Assembly (NCBI GenBank): GCA_011170375.1
Contig: DUEV01000006.1
Span: forward strand, 89,255 to 153,254
Direction of reading: 5' to 3'
From: Dehalococcoidia bacterium
GTDB lineage: Bacteria; Chloroflexota; Dehalococcoidia; Dehalococcoidales; Fen-1064
Length of the DNA stretch: 64,000 nucleotides
Shown: piece after piece, positions 19,811 through 28,627 of the stretch
Layout: the number at the start of each line of letters is the position of its first letter
Position numbering within the stretch: the first letter of the stretch is position 1
Notes under the pieces: generated by a model
The model's database searches: none
Seen by the model: only the letters and a program-made list of their open reading frames with translations
Told to the model about the DNA's origin: nothing
Position numbers and translations under genes: made by a program

Positions 19811-21148
19811 ATGGAAAAGCAATGGGAAGAGATGTCATCAGATGAAAAACAGGAGGCACGGTTTGCAAAGTGGCTTTCGCCGGAGGGAGTGGAATTTGTC
19901 AGCCCCGAAGCCGAGAAGTTATACAAAGAAAGGGCAACCAGGATAAAAGATGCAATCCAACTAAAGAAGTTACCGGACAGGGTGCCGGTCATGCTGATTC
20001 CCAGCTTCTTCCCCGCTTTTTACTCCGGACTAACTCCCCTTGACGTCATGTATGACTACGAAAAAGCCAACAATGCCTGGAAGAAATTCTACGTAGATTT
20101 TCAACCAGACGCACACTTTGGTTGTGTGGCTCCCGGCCCCGGAAGGTTCTTTGATATTCTTGACTACAAGTTATACAAGTATCCCGGTCATGGAGTAGCG
20201 CCGGAATCCACCTACCAGTGTATCGAGGGCGAATACATGATGGCGGATGAATATGATGCCTTTTTACAGGACCCATCGCATTTCTTCACCACCACTGTTC
20301 TACCGCGTATATTTGGCGCTCTGGAGCCCTTCAAGCAGCTCCCTAACCTCACCACAATAAATGAAATGTACGGGTCTGGTATTACCTTTTTCCAATACGG
20401 TCTTCCCGATGTACAGGCCGCTTTTAAGGCTCTTCTGGATGCCGGGAGTGAAGCCCTGAAATGGATGGGGTATTTTGGTGCCTTCATGAAAGAGTTACCA
20501 GAATTAGGATTCCCCGCAGGTCAGGGCGGCTATACAAAAGCACCTTATGACATTCTCGGCGATACCCTCAGAGGCACGAGAGGGATAATGACGGATATAT
20601 ACCGGCAGCCTGAGAAGCTCATTGAAGCCATGGATAAAATGACGCCATTCTGGATTCAGAAAGGGGTAATCGAGGCAAACATGAACGCAAATCCCTTAAT
20701 ATTCTTACCCCTACATAAAGGTGCTGATGGTTTCCTCTCCGATGAGCAGTACAAGAAGTTCTACTGGCCGTATCTTAGAAAGATTCTCCTAGGCCTGATT
20801 GATGAGGGAGTCGTACCATTCATGTGGGCTGAGGGAGGATCCAACTCGCGGCTGGAGGTTATCTGCGATTTGCCTAAAGGTAAGACAGCCTGGTTGTTTG
20901 ACGACGTTGACATGATTAGAGCTAAGGAGATACTGGGTGACGTTGCCTGCGTAGCCGGCAACATGCCTATGGACCTGTTGACTGTAGGTACACCAGAGCA
21001 GGTAAAAGAATACGCAAAGAAACTGATTGATAATTGCGGTAAGGGTGGTGGTTATATCATGGCTAACTGTGCGTTCTTTGATAATGTCAAGCCGGAAAAT
21101 GTCAGGGCCATGGTTGACTTTACTAAGGAGTACGGCATATATAAATAG
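19811..21148 (+). CDS. Uroporphyrinogen-decarboxylase-family protein (putative corrinoid methyltransferase)
   Basis: PDRVPV, APYD-LGDTLRG, FLPLH, KFYWP, GTPEQVKE, GGGYIM; adjacent to corrinoid protein. Confidence 0.85.
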   Translation: MEKQWEEMSSDEKQEARFAKWLSPEGVEFVSPEAEKLYKERATRIKDAIQLKKLPDRVPVMLIPSFFPAFYSGLTPLDVMYDYEKANNAWKKFYVDFQPDAHFGCVAPGPGRFFDILDYKLYKYPGHGVAPESTYQCIEGEYMMADEYDAFLQDPSHFFTTTVLPRIFGALEPFKQLPNLTTINEMYGSGITFFQYGLPDVQAAFKALLDAGSEALKWMGYFGAFMKELPELGFPAGQGGYTKAPYDILGDTLRGTRGIMTDIYRQPEKLIEAMDKMTPFWIQKGVIEANMNANPLIFLPLHKGADGFLSDEQYKKFYWPYLRKILLGLIDEGVVPFMWAEGGSNSRLEVICDLPKGKTAWLFDDVDMIRAKEILGDVACVAGNMPMDLLTVGTPEQVKEYAKKLIDNCGKGGGYIMANCAFFDNVKPENVRAMVDFTKEYGIYK

Positions 21149-21157
21149 ATATTCAAC

Positions 21158-21595
21158 ATGAGTGAATCTGCCGAGAACAAATAATTATAAGCAATTACCG
21201 TGGTTGCCATGGTGGTTGTGGTGTCCTGGTCCATGTCAGAGACGGGACAATTGTCAAGATTGAAGGCGACCCTGATTTCCCCACCAACCACGGCAGCATG
21301 TGTAGTAAGGGTCTAGCCTTTCACCAGCTGGTGTACCATCCGGACCGGGTTAAGTACCCTCTCAAGCGGGCCGGCAAAAAGGGTGAGGGCAAGTGACAGA
21401 GAATCTCCTGGGATGAGGCCCTTGATACTATTGTCAGTAAACTTAAGCAGGTAATAAAAGACTATGGCCCTGAGTGTATTACCCTAGGACAGAGCACCTC
21501 CAGAGAAGGTGAGTCCTTTTTCGCCAGATTTGGCAACCCGCTGGGCACGCCTAATATCTTTACTGCCGGACACTTCTGCTATTTGTCCCTCGGCT
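21158..21595 (+). pseudogene. Molybdopterin oxidoreductase N-terminal remnant
   Basis: Hand translation GCHGGCGVLVHVRDG..KIEGDP..MCSKG / HPDRVKYPLKRAG.KGEGK*QRISWDEALD; frameshifts, stop and truncation. Confidence 0.85.
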
Positions 21596-21609
21596 TCAGA
21601 CTTATGTAG

Positions 21610-21790
21610 GAAGAGAAGTGCGGGTTCCTGAAGTCATTCGTCAACGAGATAGTCGTTTCGTATAAGACGATTACGATACATTACAGACTACTAATGCCAT
21701 CGGATAACTCTGAAGAAGAAAGACTATCAGTTCCACCTTTTATAAGGATTATAAGGAATGGTAGGCCGTGCAGGCCTCGAACCTGCCGCA
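21610..21790 (+). pseudogene. C-terminal remnant of a large serine recombinase
   Basis: EEKCGFLKSFVNEIVV..ITIHYRLLMP..VPPFI..NGRPCRPRT resembles the LSR tail (FLxSFVxxIxV..Y..P) and reads into an antisense tRNA end. Confidence 0.55.
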
Positions 21791-21808
21791 CTCTCAGTGT
21801 CAACCGGG
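21759..21808 (-). repeat. Degenerate 3' half of a tRNA-Val(GAC) (att scar)
   Basis: Minus strand ..TTGACAC..GCAGG-TTCGAGG-CCTGC-ACGGCCT-ACCA; no 5' half. Confidence 0.65.
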
Positions 21809-21831
21809 GTTGTCACCTACGTAGCAATTCT

Positions 21832-23211
21832 CTACATCTCCAGTGCTAGTTTATCCATTTCTAGCTGTACTGGCATCGGATACTCACCAGTGAAACAGGC
21901 CATACAAAACAATTCGCGGGGCATATCCACTGCCTTGAGCAACCCCTCAACACTCAGATATCCGAGGGAATCAACTCCGATAAAGCTCCGGATTTCTTCA
22001 ACTCTATTACATGCCGCTATAAGCTCTTGGCGGGTAGCCATGTCCACTCCAAGGAAACAGGGATAGCGAATCGGTGGGGCGCAGACACGCATATGCACCT
22101 CTTTGACTCCAGCTTTCCTCAGCAGGTTAACGACCTTCGGGGTAGTGGTGCCACGAACAATAGTATCGTCAACCACCACTAGCCGCACACCCTCCAGCAT
22201 CCGAGGCAATGGGTTGAACTTCAAACGGACACCAAGGTCCCTTATACGCTGGTCAGGTTCAATAAAGGTACGGCCTACGTAGCGGTTCTTTAACAGGCCT
22301 TCGCAGAATGGAAGGCCGGTCGCACGAGAATATCCGATTCCGGCGGCTGTCGCCGAGTCTGGAACGCCCATCACCATATCAGCCTCGACCGGATGTTCCT
22401 CAGCCAACTGGGCACCCATGGCCTGCCTTACGGGATAAAGCAGCTTGCCGTTGATGATACTATCAGGCCGGGCAAAGTAGATATACTCAAAGATGCACAG
22501 GGCTCTTCTCTCTACCTGCTCTTGACAGCTAGCAAGTCCGCTCCCACTGATGCGAATAATCTCGCCCGGCTCAATTTCGCGAATGAAGTCTGCCCCGATA
22601 TGGTCAAGCGCACAGCTTTCTGAAGCAACAATCCAGCCCCCGTCTATCGTCCCTAGACAGACCGGTCGTATACCCCAGGGGTCACGAACAGCAAACAGGC
22701 TGTCTCTGGTAAGAAGACAGAGGGAAAAGGCCCCCTGCAACCGGTGCATAGCATAGCGAATCCTGCCCAACCAGTCTTTTTCCGAGGAGGAGATTATCAG
22801 GTTGGCGATAACTTCAGTATCTGTAGACGTACGGAAGGTATAGCCTGCCTGCACGAGTTCATCGTGCAGGTGTTCAGCATTAATAATATTGCCGTTATGG
22901 GCGATGGCAATAGCATTATTACCTTGGCCAACAATGAAAGGTTGCACGTTGGATACCCGGCTCGAACCGCGGGTAGAGTAACGATTATGGCCGATAGCAA
23001 TATGTCCGATGAGGCTGCTGAGGGTCTCTTCATCAAATACCTGCGAGACAAGTCCCATATCACCGGCAACCTGCATCCGCTTGCCGTTAGCAACAGCAAT
23101 GCCGGCACTTTCCTGACCACGATGCTGTAGGGCAAAGAGAGCGAAGTACGTGAGCCGAGCTACATCCTCGCCAGGACTGTAAATTCCGAAAACACCGCAA
23201 CTCTCGTGCAA
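21832..23211 (-). CDS. purF: Amidophosphoribosyltransferase
   Basis: HESCGVFG, LQHRGQESAG, GHNRYST, AHNGN, CIFEYIYFARPDS, VVVDDTIVRGTT; TTG start at 23211 inferred. Confidence 0.97.
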   Translation of the reverse strand: MHESCGVFGIYSPGEDVARLTYFALFALQHRGQESAGIAVANGKRMQVAGDMGLVSQVFDEETLSSLIGHIAIGHNRYSTRGSSRVSNVQPFIVGQGNNAIAIAHNGNIINAEHLHDELVQAGYTFRTSTDTEVIANLIISSSEKDWLGRIRYAMHRLQGAFSLCLLTRDSLFAVRDPWGIRPVCLGTIDGGWIVASESCALDHIGADFIREIEPGEIIRISGSGLASCQEQVERRALCIFEYIYFARPDSIINGKLLYPVRQAMGAQLAEEHPVEADMVMGVPDSATAAGIGYSRATGLPFCEGLLKNRYVGRTFIEPDQRIRDLGVRLKFNPLPRMLEGVRLVVVDDTIVRGTTTPKVVNLLRKAGVKEVHMRVCAPPIRYPCFLGVDMATRQELIAACNRVEEIRSFIGVDSLGYLSVEGLLKAVDMPRELFCMACFTGEYPMPVQLEMDKLALEM

Positions 23212-23336
23212 GGTTACCCCTCTTAGCTCATCTCCTGCCGTTTTATTATACAACAACGGGCAAACAGTATCCATCACATTACTGGTCCAGTTCAATCATG
23301 GTTGATAATCTAATACAGATATTGCTAGAAGGGGTA

Positions 23337-23389
23337 TTGACAAATTAGAAAAGTTGTATTATTATATGGCATACGGCAATCGGTTGCCG
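23337..23389 (+). promoter_or_regulatory. Sigma70 promoter and palindromic operator of the glutamate synthase operon
   Basis: TTGACA-17-TATTAT (23337-23365), then CGGCAA-tcgg-TTGCCG (23374-23389). Confidence 0.7.
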
Positions 23390-23415
23390 CATTCCGTCCC
23401 GCAGGAGTAACTCGA

Positions 23416-23901
23416 ATGGGTAGGGTCTACATCAAAAAAGAGGTGTGTATTGGCTGTCACCTGTGTGAGCTGTATTGTCAGCTACAACACTCTCGGTCAA
23501 CAGACCTGATTAAGGCTTTCAAAAGGGAGTCGATGCGCCCTTCACCCAGACTGAGGGTGGAGGAAAAGGAAGCGGTATCTTTCTCCGTTCGCTGCCAGCA
23601 TTGTGATGAAGCCCCATGTGTTTACGCCTGCCTCTCTGGCGCCCTCACACGCGATAGTAAAACAGGACTGGTTAAAGTAGATGAGGAGAGGTGCATCGGT
23701 TGCTGGACTTGTCTGTTGGTTTGCCCGATCGGTGCAATAAGTCGGGACACAGCAGAAAAGAAGGTGCTGAAATGCGACCTCTGTCAAGGAGAAGATGTTC
23801 CAGCCTGTGTTGCCAATTGCCCTAATGAGGCATTGATATATGTGGAGGTGCAAGATGAGAGTCATAGCACAGAAGGTAAGGTAATTGCCATGATTCAATG
23901 A
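23416..23901 (+). CDS. 4Fe-4S dicluster ferredoxin-type protein
   Basis: CIGCHLC, CQHCDEAPC, CIGCWTCLLVCP, KCDLC..PACVANCP. Confidence 0.93.
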   Translation: MGRVYIKKEVCIGCHLCELYCQLQHSRSTDLIKAFKRESMRPSPRLRVEEKEAVSFSVRCQHCDEAPCVYACLSGALTRDSKTGLVKVDEERCIGCWTCLLVCPIGAISRDTAEKKVLKCDLCQGEDVPACVANCPNEALIYVEVQDESHSTEGKVIAMIQ

Positions 23902-23943
23902 GTATAGGGTCGATTGACTAAATCAAACAAAAGGAGGCTTATC

Positions 23944-24312
23944 GTGTCATACGATTGGGGACCGCACTATATTATTCCTTCGTCAGTAATAACCACCTAT
24001 TCTGGTAATGTTCGGTTGCGAGAGGAATTTGATGACGACCTATTACGTCAGGAATTGAGTGAGCTGGGATTCTCAAGCCCCATCGCAAGGGTGAGTAATC
24101 CATGGTATTACAGGAAGAAAGACTCAACAACCTGGATCAAGATTGGTGAATCCGACGATATGCGCGAGAACTTTCCGGTTACCTGGGATACGCAGAAGCT
24201 TGAGAATGGGCAATACGAAGTAATGGGACTAATGCACGTCTATTTTAAAGCGAATGGCACGATAAAGGCCATTGCCCGGCAAAATGTGGTGGAGGTCACA
24301 GTCAAGAACTAG
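23944..24312 (+). CDS. Hypothetical protein in glutamate synthase operon
   Basis: RBS aggagg before GTG 23944; operon-like spacing; beta-rich C-terminus. Confidence 0.75.
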   Translation: MSYDWGPHYIIPSSVITTYSGNVRLREEFDDDLLRQELSELGFSSPIARVSNPWYYRKKDSTTWIKIGESDDMRENFPVTWDTQKLENGQYEVMGLMHVYFKANGTIKAIARQNVVEVTVKN

Positions 24313-24328
24313 ACCTAGAAAACACGAC

Positions 24329-24466
24329 ATCATTGTCATAGTTGGCTACAGTGCTGGCAACCATAGCAGTGTGGCGAAGGCTCTTGATAAGAGTAGTGAG
24401 CTCAGCCTTAGGTTCTACGACACCTCTAGCAACGTTACTTTAGGTGTAAGGCTTAGTAGTCCATAG
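24329..24466 (+). pseudogene. hisH: hisH remnant with internal deletion
   Basis: IVIVGYSAGNHSSVAKAL resembles the HisH N-terminus (IxDYGxGNxxSV) joined to KSSELSLRFYD, like the HisH C-terminus. Confidence 0.65.
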
Positions 24467-24486
24467 GCGGATTGGGCAGGTAAATA

Positions 24487-25854
24487 ATGACAAAGGCAGA
24501 GAGAGTTAAATACCTGATTATCGGAAACTCCGCTGGAGGTATTGGGGCAGCGGAAGCTATCCGTGAGGTGGACAGGGCCGGGGCAATAGCCATCGTTTCC
24601 AGCGAGCCTTACCACGCCTACTCGCGTCCATTGATATCACAGTATCTAGTCGAAGGGCGCCCTCTGCAGAGAATGATGTTTCGACCGGCTGATTTCTACA
24701 AAGAGAAAAATATTCAGGCTATTCTGGGCCAGGAAGTAACGGGTCTTAATATAGACAAACATAACGTTAAGCTCGACGACGGTAGAAGCATAATCTGGGA
24801 GAAGCTGTTGCTGGCTACTGGTAGTTCACCCATTGTACCTAATATAGAAGGTATTGGTCTGAAAGGAGTCTTCACCTTCACCACGCGTGATGATGCCAGG
24901 GCAATCTATAAGTTCCTGAACCAATATCATACAGAGGTAAGGGCTGTGGTCATTGGCGGTGGTCTCATCGGGATAAGTGCTACTGAGGCACTGGTGAAGA
25001 GAGGGGTTAAAGTCACTATCGTCGAGATGAAGGAACGAATTTTGAACACCATCCTCGACGAAGAAGCATCATTTCTCGTGGAGGCATCTTTGAATGAGCT
25101 GGGGGTTGAAATCATCAACGGTCATATCGTGAGTAGGATTACTAGCTTCTTACCTGGTAGGGCTACTGGTATAGCCCTTGATAACGACCGACCGATACCC
25201 TGCGAGATGGTGATCGTAGCTGTCGGTGTGCAGCCACGCACCAAGATAGTTTCAGAAACCGGGATAAGGATAGACCGTGGTATATTAGTTGACCACCATA
25301 TGGCCACATCCAGCCCTGACGTCTATGCCTGCGGGGACGTAGCCGAGGCCTACGACTTTATCTACGACGAGAACCGGCTTACCCCAATCTGGCCTAATGC
25401 CTACATAGGGGGCAGAATCGCCGGCTTCAACATGGCTGGGCTGCCGACTGAATATCAGGGCGGAACATCAATGAATGCTATGAAATATTTTGGACTGGCT
25501 ATTGTTTCAGCGGGCATATTGACTCCACCTGATGACAGCTACGAGGTAATTAGTGAGAAACATGGTCATGTCTATAAAAAGGTTGTTCTTAAAAACGGAC
25601 TAATAGTGGGCGTGATTTTTAGCGGCGACATTGAGAAATCGGGCATTATATACAATCTCATGAAAAACAGAGTAAACGTCGATACCTTTAAGCAAGCTCT
25701 CATCGCTGACGATTTCGGCCTTATCTCTCTCCCTGAGGAAATCTGGCGACCACTGCTGGAACATACTTCGCCAGTAACACCTTCCCTGGCAACCTCAGAT
25801 AAGCAGCCTGAAAAGATGGCTATTGGAGATTTGGGATTGGTGTCTGGGAGGTAA
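24487..25854 (+). CDS. FAD/NAD(P)-dependent oxidoreductase (NirB/rubredoxin-reductase-like)
   Basis: IIGNSAGG, YSRP, LLLATGS, VVIGGGLIG, VYACGDVAE. Confidence 0.92.
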   Translation: MTKAERVKYLIIGNSAGGIGAAEAIREVDRAGAIAIVSSEPYHAYSRPLISQYLVEGRPLQRMMFRPADFYKEKNIQAILGQEVTGLNIDKHNVKLDDGRSIIWEKLLLATGSSPIVPNIEGIGLKGVFTFTTRDDARAIYKFLNQYHTEVRAVVIGGGLIGISATEALVKRGVKVTIVEMKERILNTILDEEASFLVEASLNELGVEIINGHIVSRITSFLPGRATGIALDNDRPIPCEMVIVAVGVQPRTKIVSETGIRIDRGILVDHHMATSSPDVYACGDVAEAYDFIYDENRLTPIWPNAYIGGRIAGFNMAGLPTEYQGGTSMNAMKYFGLAIVSAGILTPPDDSYEVISEKHGHVYKKVVLKNGLIVGVIFSGDIEKSGIIYNLMKNRVNVDTFKQALIADDFGLISLPEEIWRPLLEHTSPVTPSLATSDKQPEKMAIGDLGLVSGR

Positions 25855-25859
25855 CGATT

Positions 25860-26996
25860 ATGAAAGATATTAAACACGTGAACAACCCTTACAACGATGA
25901 TAAGGTCATTGATGCCTGCTCCATATTCGGGGCCATGGATGCCTCAGGCAAGAGGTTTTCTGGAGACGGTGTTATCAGGGCAATTGTCAACATGCATGAC
26001 CGTGGTAACGGGCTGGGTGGGGGATTCGCTATCTATGGTCTATATCCCGATTATGCTGACCTCTACGCCCTTCACGTAATGTACCTTAGCCCTGAGGGTA
26101 AGCAAGAGACAGAGGCTTTGCTAAAGGCAAACTTCAACATCATTGAAAAAGAAGAGGTGCCCACAAGGCAAACACCAATGATTGCCAATCCACCATTGGT
26201 GTGGCGCTACTTCCTTGAGGTGGATCACCGTAAGCCTGAACAAGAATCTGAGGATGACTACGTTGTGGACAGGGTGATGACCATAAATACCGGATTGCGC
26301 GATAGCTTCGTCTTCTCCAGTGGTAAGGATATGGCTGTGTTCAAGGGTGTTGGTTATCCTGAGGAGATAGCTGATTACTTCTGCCTGGAGCAATATGAGG
26401 GCTACCTTTGGACAGCACATGGCCGTTTCCCTACCAATACCCCGGGCTGGTGGGGCGGGGCCCACCCGTTTTGTATCCTAGACTGGACAGTTGTTCATAA
26501 TGGTGAAATTTCTTCATATGGAATAAACCAGCGTTACCTGGGGCAATTCGGTTATCACTGCACGATGCAGACTGATACTGAGGTGGTAGCATACGCTGTT
26601 GACCTGCTGATGCGCAAGCATAACCTGCCGATAGAGATAGTGGCCAAGATACTGGCACCACCTTTTTGGAGTGACATTGAGCGCATGTCGCCAGAAGAAC
26701 AGAAGCTCATGCTGACTCTGCGGCAGGTGTATGCCAGTCTACTCTTAAACGGTCCGTTCACAGTAATCATTGCTCATCATGGTGAGATGATCGGACTGAC
26801 CGACCGCATAAGGTTACGGCCACTCACGGTTGGAGAAAAGGGTAGCATGCTCTACCTTTCATCAGAAGAGTCGGCCATTCGTCTTATATGCCCTGAGCTG
26901 GATAAGACCTGGATTCCTGTGGGCGGTGAACCCGTCGTGGGTACGTTGCGGGCACCGACCCAGCCACAACCCGTGGCTGCCGGGGAGAAGGTATGA
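25860..26996 (+). CDS. Class II glutamine amidotransferase subunit of split glutamate synthase (GltB1-like)
   Basis: DACSIFG, DRGNGLGGG, HGRFPTNT, HPF, VHNGEISSY. Confidence 0.9.
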   Translation: MKDIKHVNNPYNDDKVIDACSIFGAMDASGKRFSGDGVIRAIVNMHDRGNGLGGGFAIYGLYPDYADLYALHVMYLSPEGKQETEALLKANFNIIEKEEVPTRQTPMIANPPLVWRYFLEVDHRKPEQESEDDYVVDRVMTINTGLRDSFVFSSGKDMAVFKGVGYPEEIADYFCLEQYEGYLWTAHGRFPTNTPGWWGGAHPFCILDWTVVHNGEISSYGINQRYLGQFGYHCTMQTDTEVVAYAVDLLMRKHNLPIEIVAKILAPPFWSDIERMSPEEQKLMLTLRQVYASLLLNGPFTVIIAHHGEMIGLTDRIRLRPLTVGEKGSMLYLSSEESAIRLICPELDKTWIPVGGEPVVGTLRAPTQPQPVAAGEKV

Positions 26997-26997
26997 A

Positions 26998-27108
26998 ATG
27001 CTGACGAAAAGAGTTATTCCCTGCCTTGATGTGAGAAACGGTCGAGTTGTAAATAATGCTGGCGGAGAGGAAGAAGTGTTAAAACGGGGAATCTCAATAA
27101 GGGTCTAG
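26998..27108 (+). pseudogene. hisF: hisF remnant with internal deletion
   Basis: MLTKRVIPCLDVRNGRVV is the canonical HisF N-terminus, joined to a HisF-like tail LKRGISIRV; only 36 aa. Confidence 0.85.
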
Positions 27109-27119
27109 GAGAAAAGGCA

Positions 27120-28625
27120 GTGAAGACCTATCTGACACCCAAATTTCTAGTACAACGAGACCCTGAACGCTGTATCCAGTGTCAGGTATGTGTCAATCAG
27201 TGCACTTTCGACACTCACTACTATGATGTCGAAGACGATGAGGTGAGAAGTCATGATGAGAACTGCATTGGCTGTCTCCGCTGTGTTCTCTTCTGCCCAA
27301 CCCGAGCGCTAACTATCAGACAAAACCACCTCGACTACAGAGACAACTACAATTGGCGCCCCGAGGTGATTGAAGATATCGTTAAGCAGGCGGAAACTGG
27401 CGGGGTACTCCTCACGGGCATGGGCAATGATAAAGGCCAGCGCATCTACTGGGACCATCTGGTTCTCAACGCCAGTCAGGTAACCAACCCGTCTATTGAC
27501 CCACTACGCGAGCCAATGGAGCTCACCACATATCTGGGGCGAAAACCTGATCGGATAGAACTCGACTCGGAATCGTCCACTTTGAAGACAGAATTAGCTC
27601 CTCAGGTAAGTCTGGAAGTCCCGGTAATGTTTGCTGCCATGTCTTATGGTGCGGTCAGTCTTAACGTACATGAATCTCTGGCTAGAGCTGCCACCGAGAT
27701 GGGCACTCTTTGGAACACTGGTGAGGGAGGGCTCCACTCCAAGTTATATAAGTATGGAAACAATACTATTGTCCAAGTAGCTTCAGGGCGCTTCGGTGTC
27801 CATGCTGAATATCTGGACGTAGCTAGAGTAATCGAAATCAAGATTGGGCAAGGAGCAAAGCCTGGAATTGGTGGACACCTCCCAGGGGAGAAGGTGAGCA
27901 GCGAGGTATCGCTAACGCGGATGATTCCCCAAGGAACTGATGCACTGTCACCGGCTCCACAGCACGATATTTACTCAATTGAAGACCTGGCACAGCTTAT
28001 CTACGCTTTAAAAGAGGCAACAAACTACAGCAAGCCGATATCGGTTAAAATCGCCGCTGTTCATAACTCGGCTGCTATTGCCAGTGGCATGGTGAGAGCC
28101 GGCGCCGACATTATTGTTCTAGATGGACTAAGGGGGTCTACAGGCGCTGCTCCCAAGATTATCCGCGACAATGTTGGCATTCCCATTGAGATGGCCTTGG
28201 CCTCGGTAGATAGCCGACTGAGGCAGGAGGGAATACGCAACCAGGCCTCTGTCGTCGTCTCAGGAGGCATAAGGAATAGCGGTGACGTGGCTAAGGCAAT
28301 CGCCCTCGGTGCTGATGCCGTCTATATCGGGACAGCAGCTCTCATTGCCCTAGGCTGTCATGTCTGCCAGCAGTGTCATACAGGGAAATGCGCTTGGGGC
28401 ATTTGCACCACTGACCTTCGCCTGACTAAGAGGGTTAACCCAGACATTGGTGCCCGCAGACTGACCAACCTGCTTCGAGGTTGGAGCATTGAACTCAAGG
28501 ACATACTGGGTGGGCTTGGAGTTAACGCTCTAGAGAGTTTGAGGGGGAATCGCCTGCATTTAAGAGGCGTTGGGTTGACTGATACCGAGCTCGATATCTT
28601 GGGAGTAAGGATGGCGGGGAGCTGA
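27120..28625 (+). CDS. Glutamate synthase FMN-binding subunit with N-terminal 2x[4Fe-4S] (GltB2-like)
   Basis: CIQCQVC, CIGCLRC, AMSYG, NTGEGG, EIKIGQGAKPGIGGHLPG, CHVCQQCHTGKC. Confidence 0.95.
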   Translation: MKTYLTPKFLVQRDPERCIQCQVCVNQCTFDTHYYDVEDDEVRSHDENCIGCLRCVLFCPTRALTIRQNHLDYRDNYNWRPEVIEDIVKQAETGGVLLTGMGNDKGQRIYWDHLVLNASQVTNPSIDPLREPMELTTYLGRKPDRIELDSESSTLKTELAPQVSLEVPVMFAAMSYGAVSLNVHESLARAATEMGTLWNTGEGGLHSKLYKYGNNTIVQVASGRFGVHAEYLDVARVIEIKIGQGAKPGIGGHLPGEKVSSEVSLTRMIPQGTDALSPAPQHDIYSIEDLAQLIYALKEATNYSKPISVKIAAVHNSAAIASGMVRAGADIIVLDGLRGSTGAAPKIIRDNVGIPIEMALASVDSRLRQEGIRNQASVVVSGGIRNSGDVAKAIALGADAVYIGTAALIALGCHVCQQCHTGKCAWGICTTDLRLTKRVNPDIGARRLTNLLRGWSIELKDILGGLGVNALESLRGNRLHLRGVGLTDTELDILGVRMAGS

Positions 28626-28627
28626 AA

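Noticed and set aside
21394..21396. In-frame TGA in the Mo-oxidoreductase fragment as selenocysteine
   Set aside because: It occupies the conserved Trp of GEGKWxRISW in a gene that is also frameshifted and truncated, so it is a TGG to TGA nonsense change.
21759..21830. Intact tRNA-Val gene on the minus strand
   Set aside because: The 5' acceptor strand and D arm are missing and the anticodon stem does not pair; kept only as a fragment.
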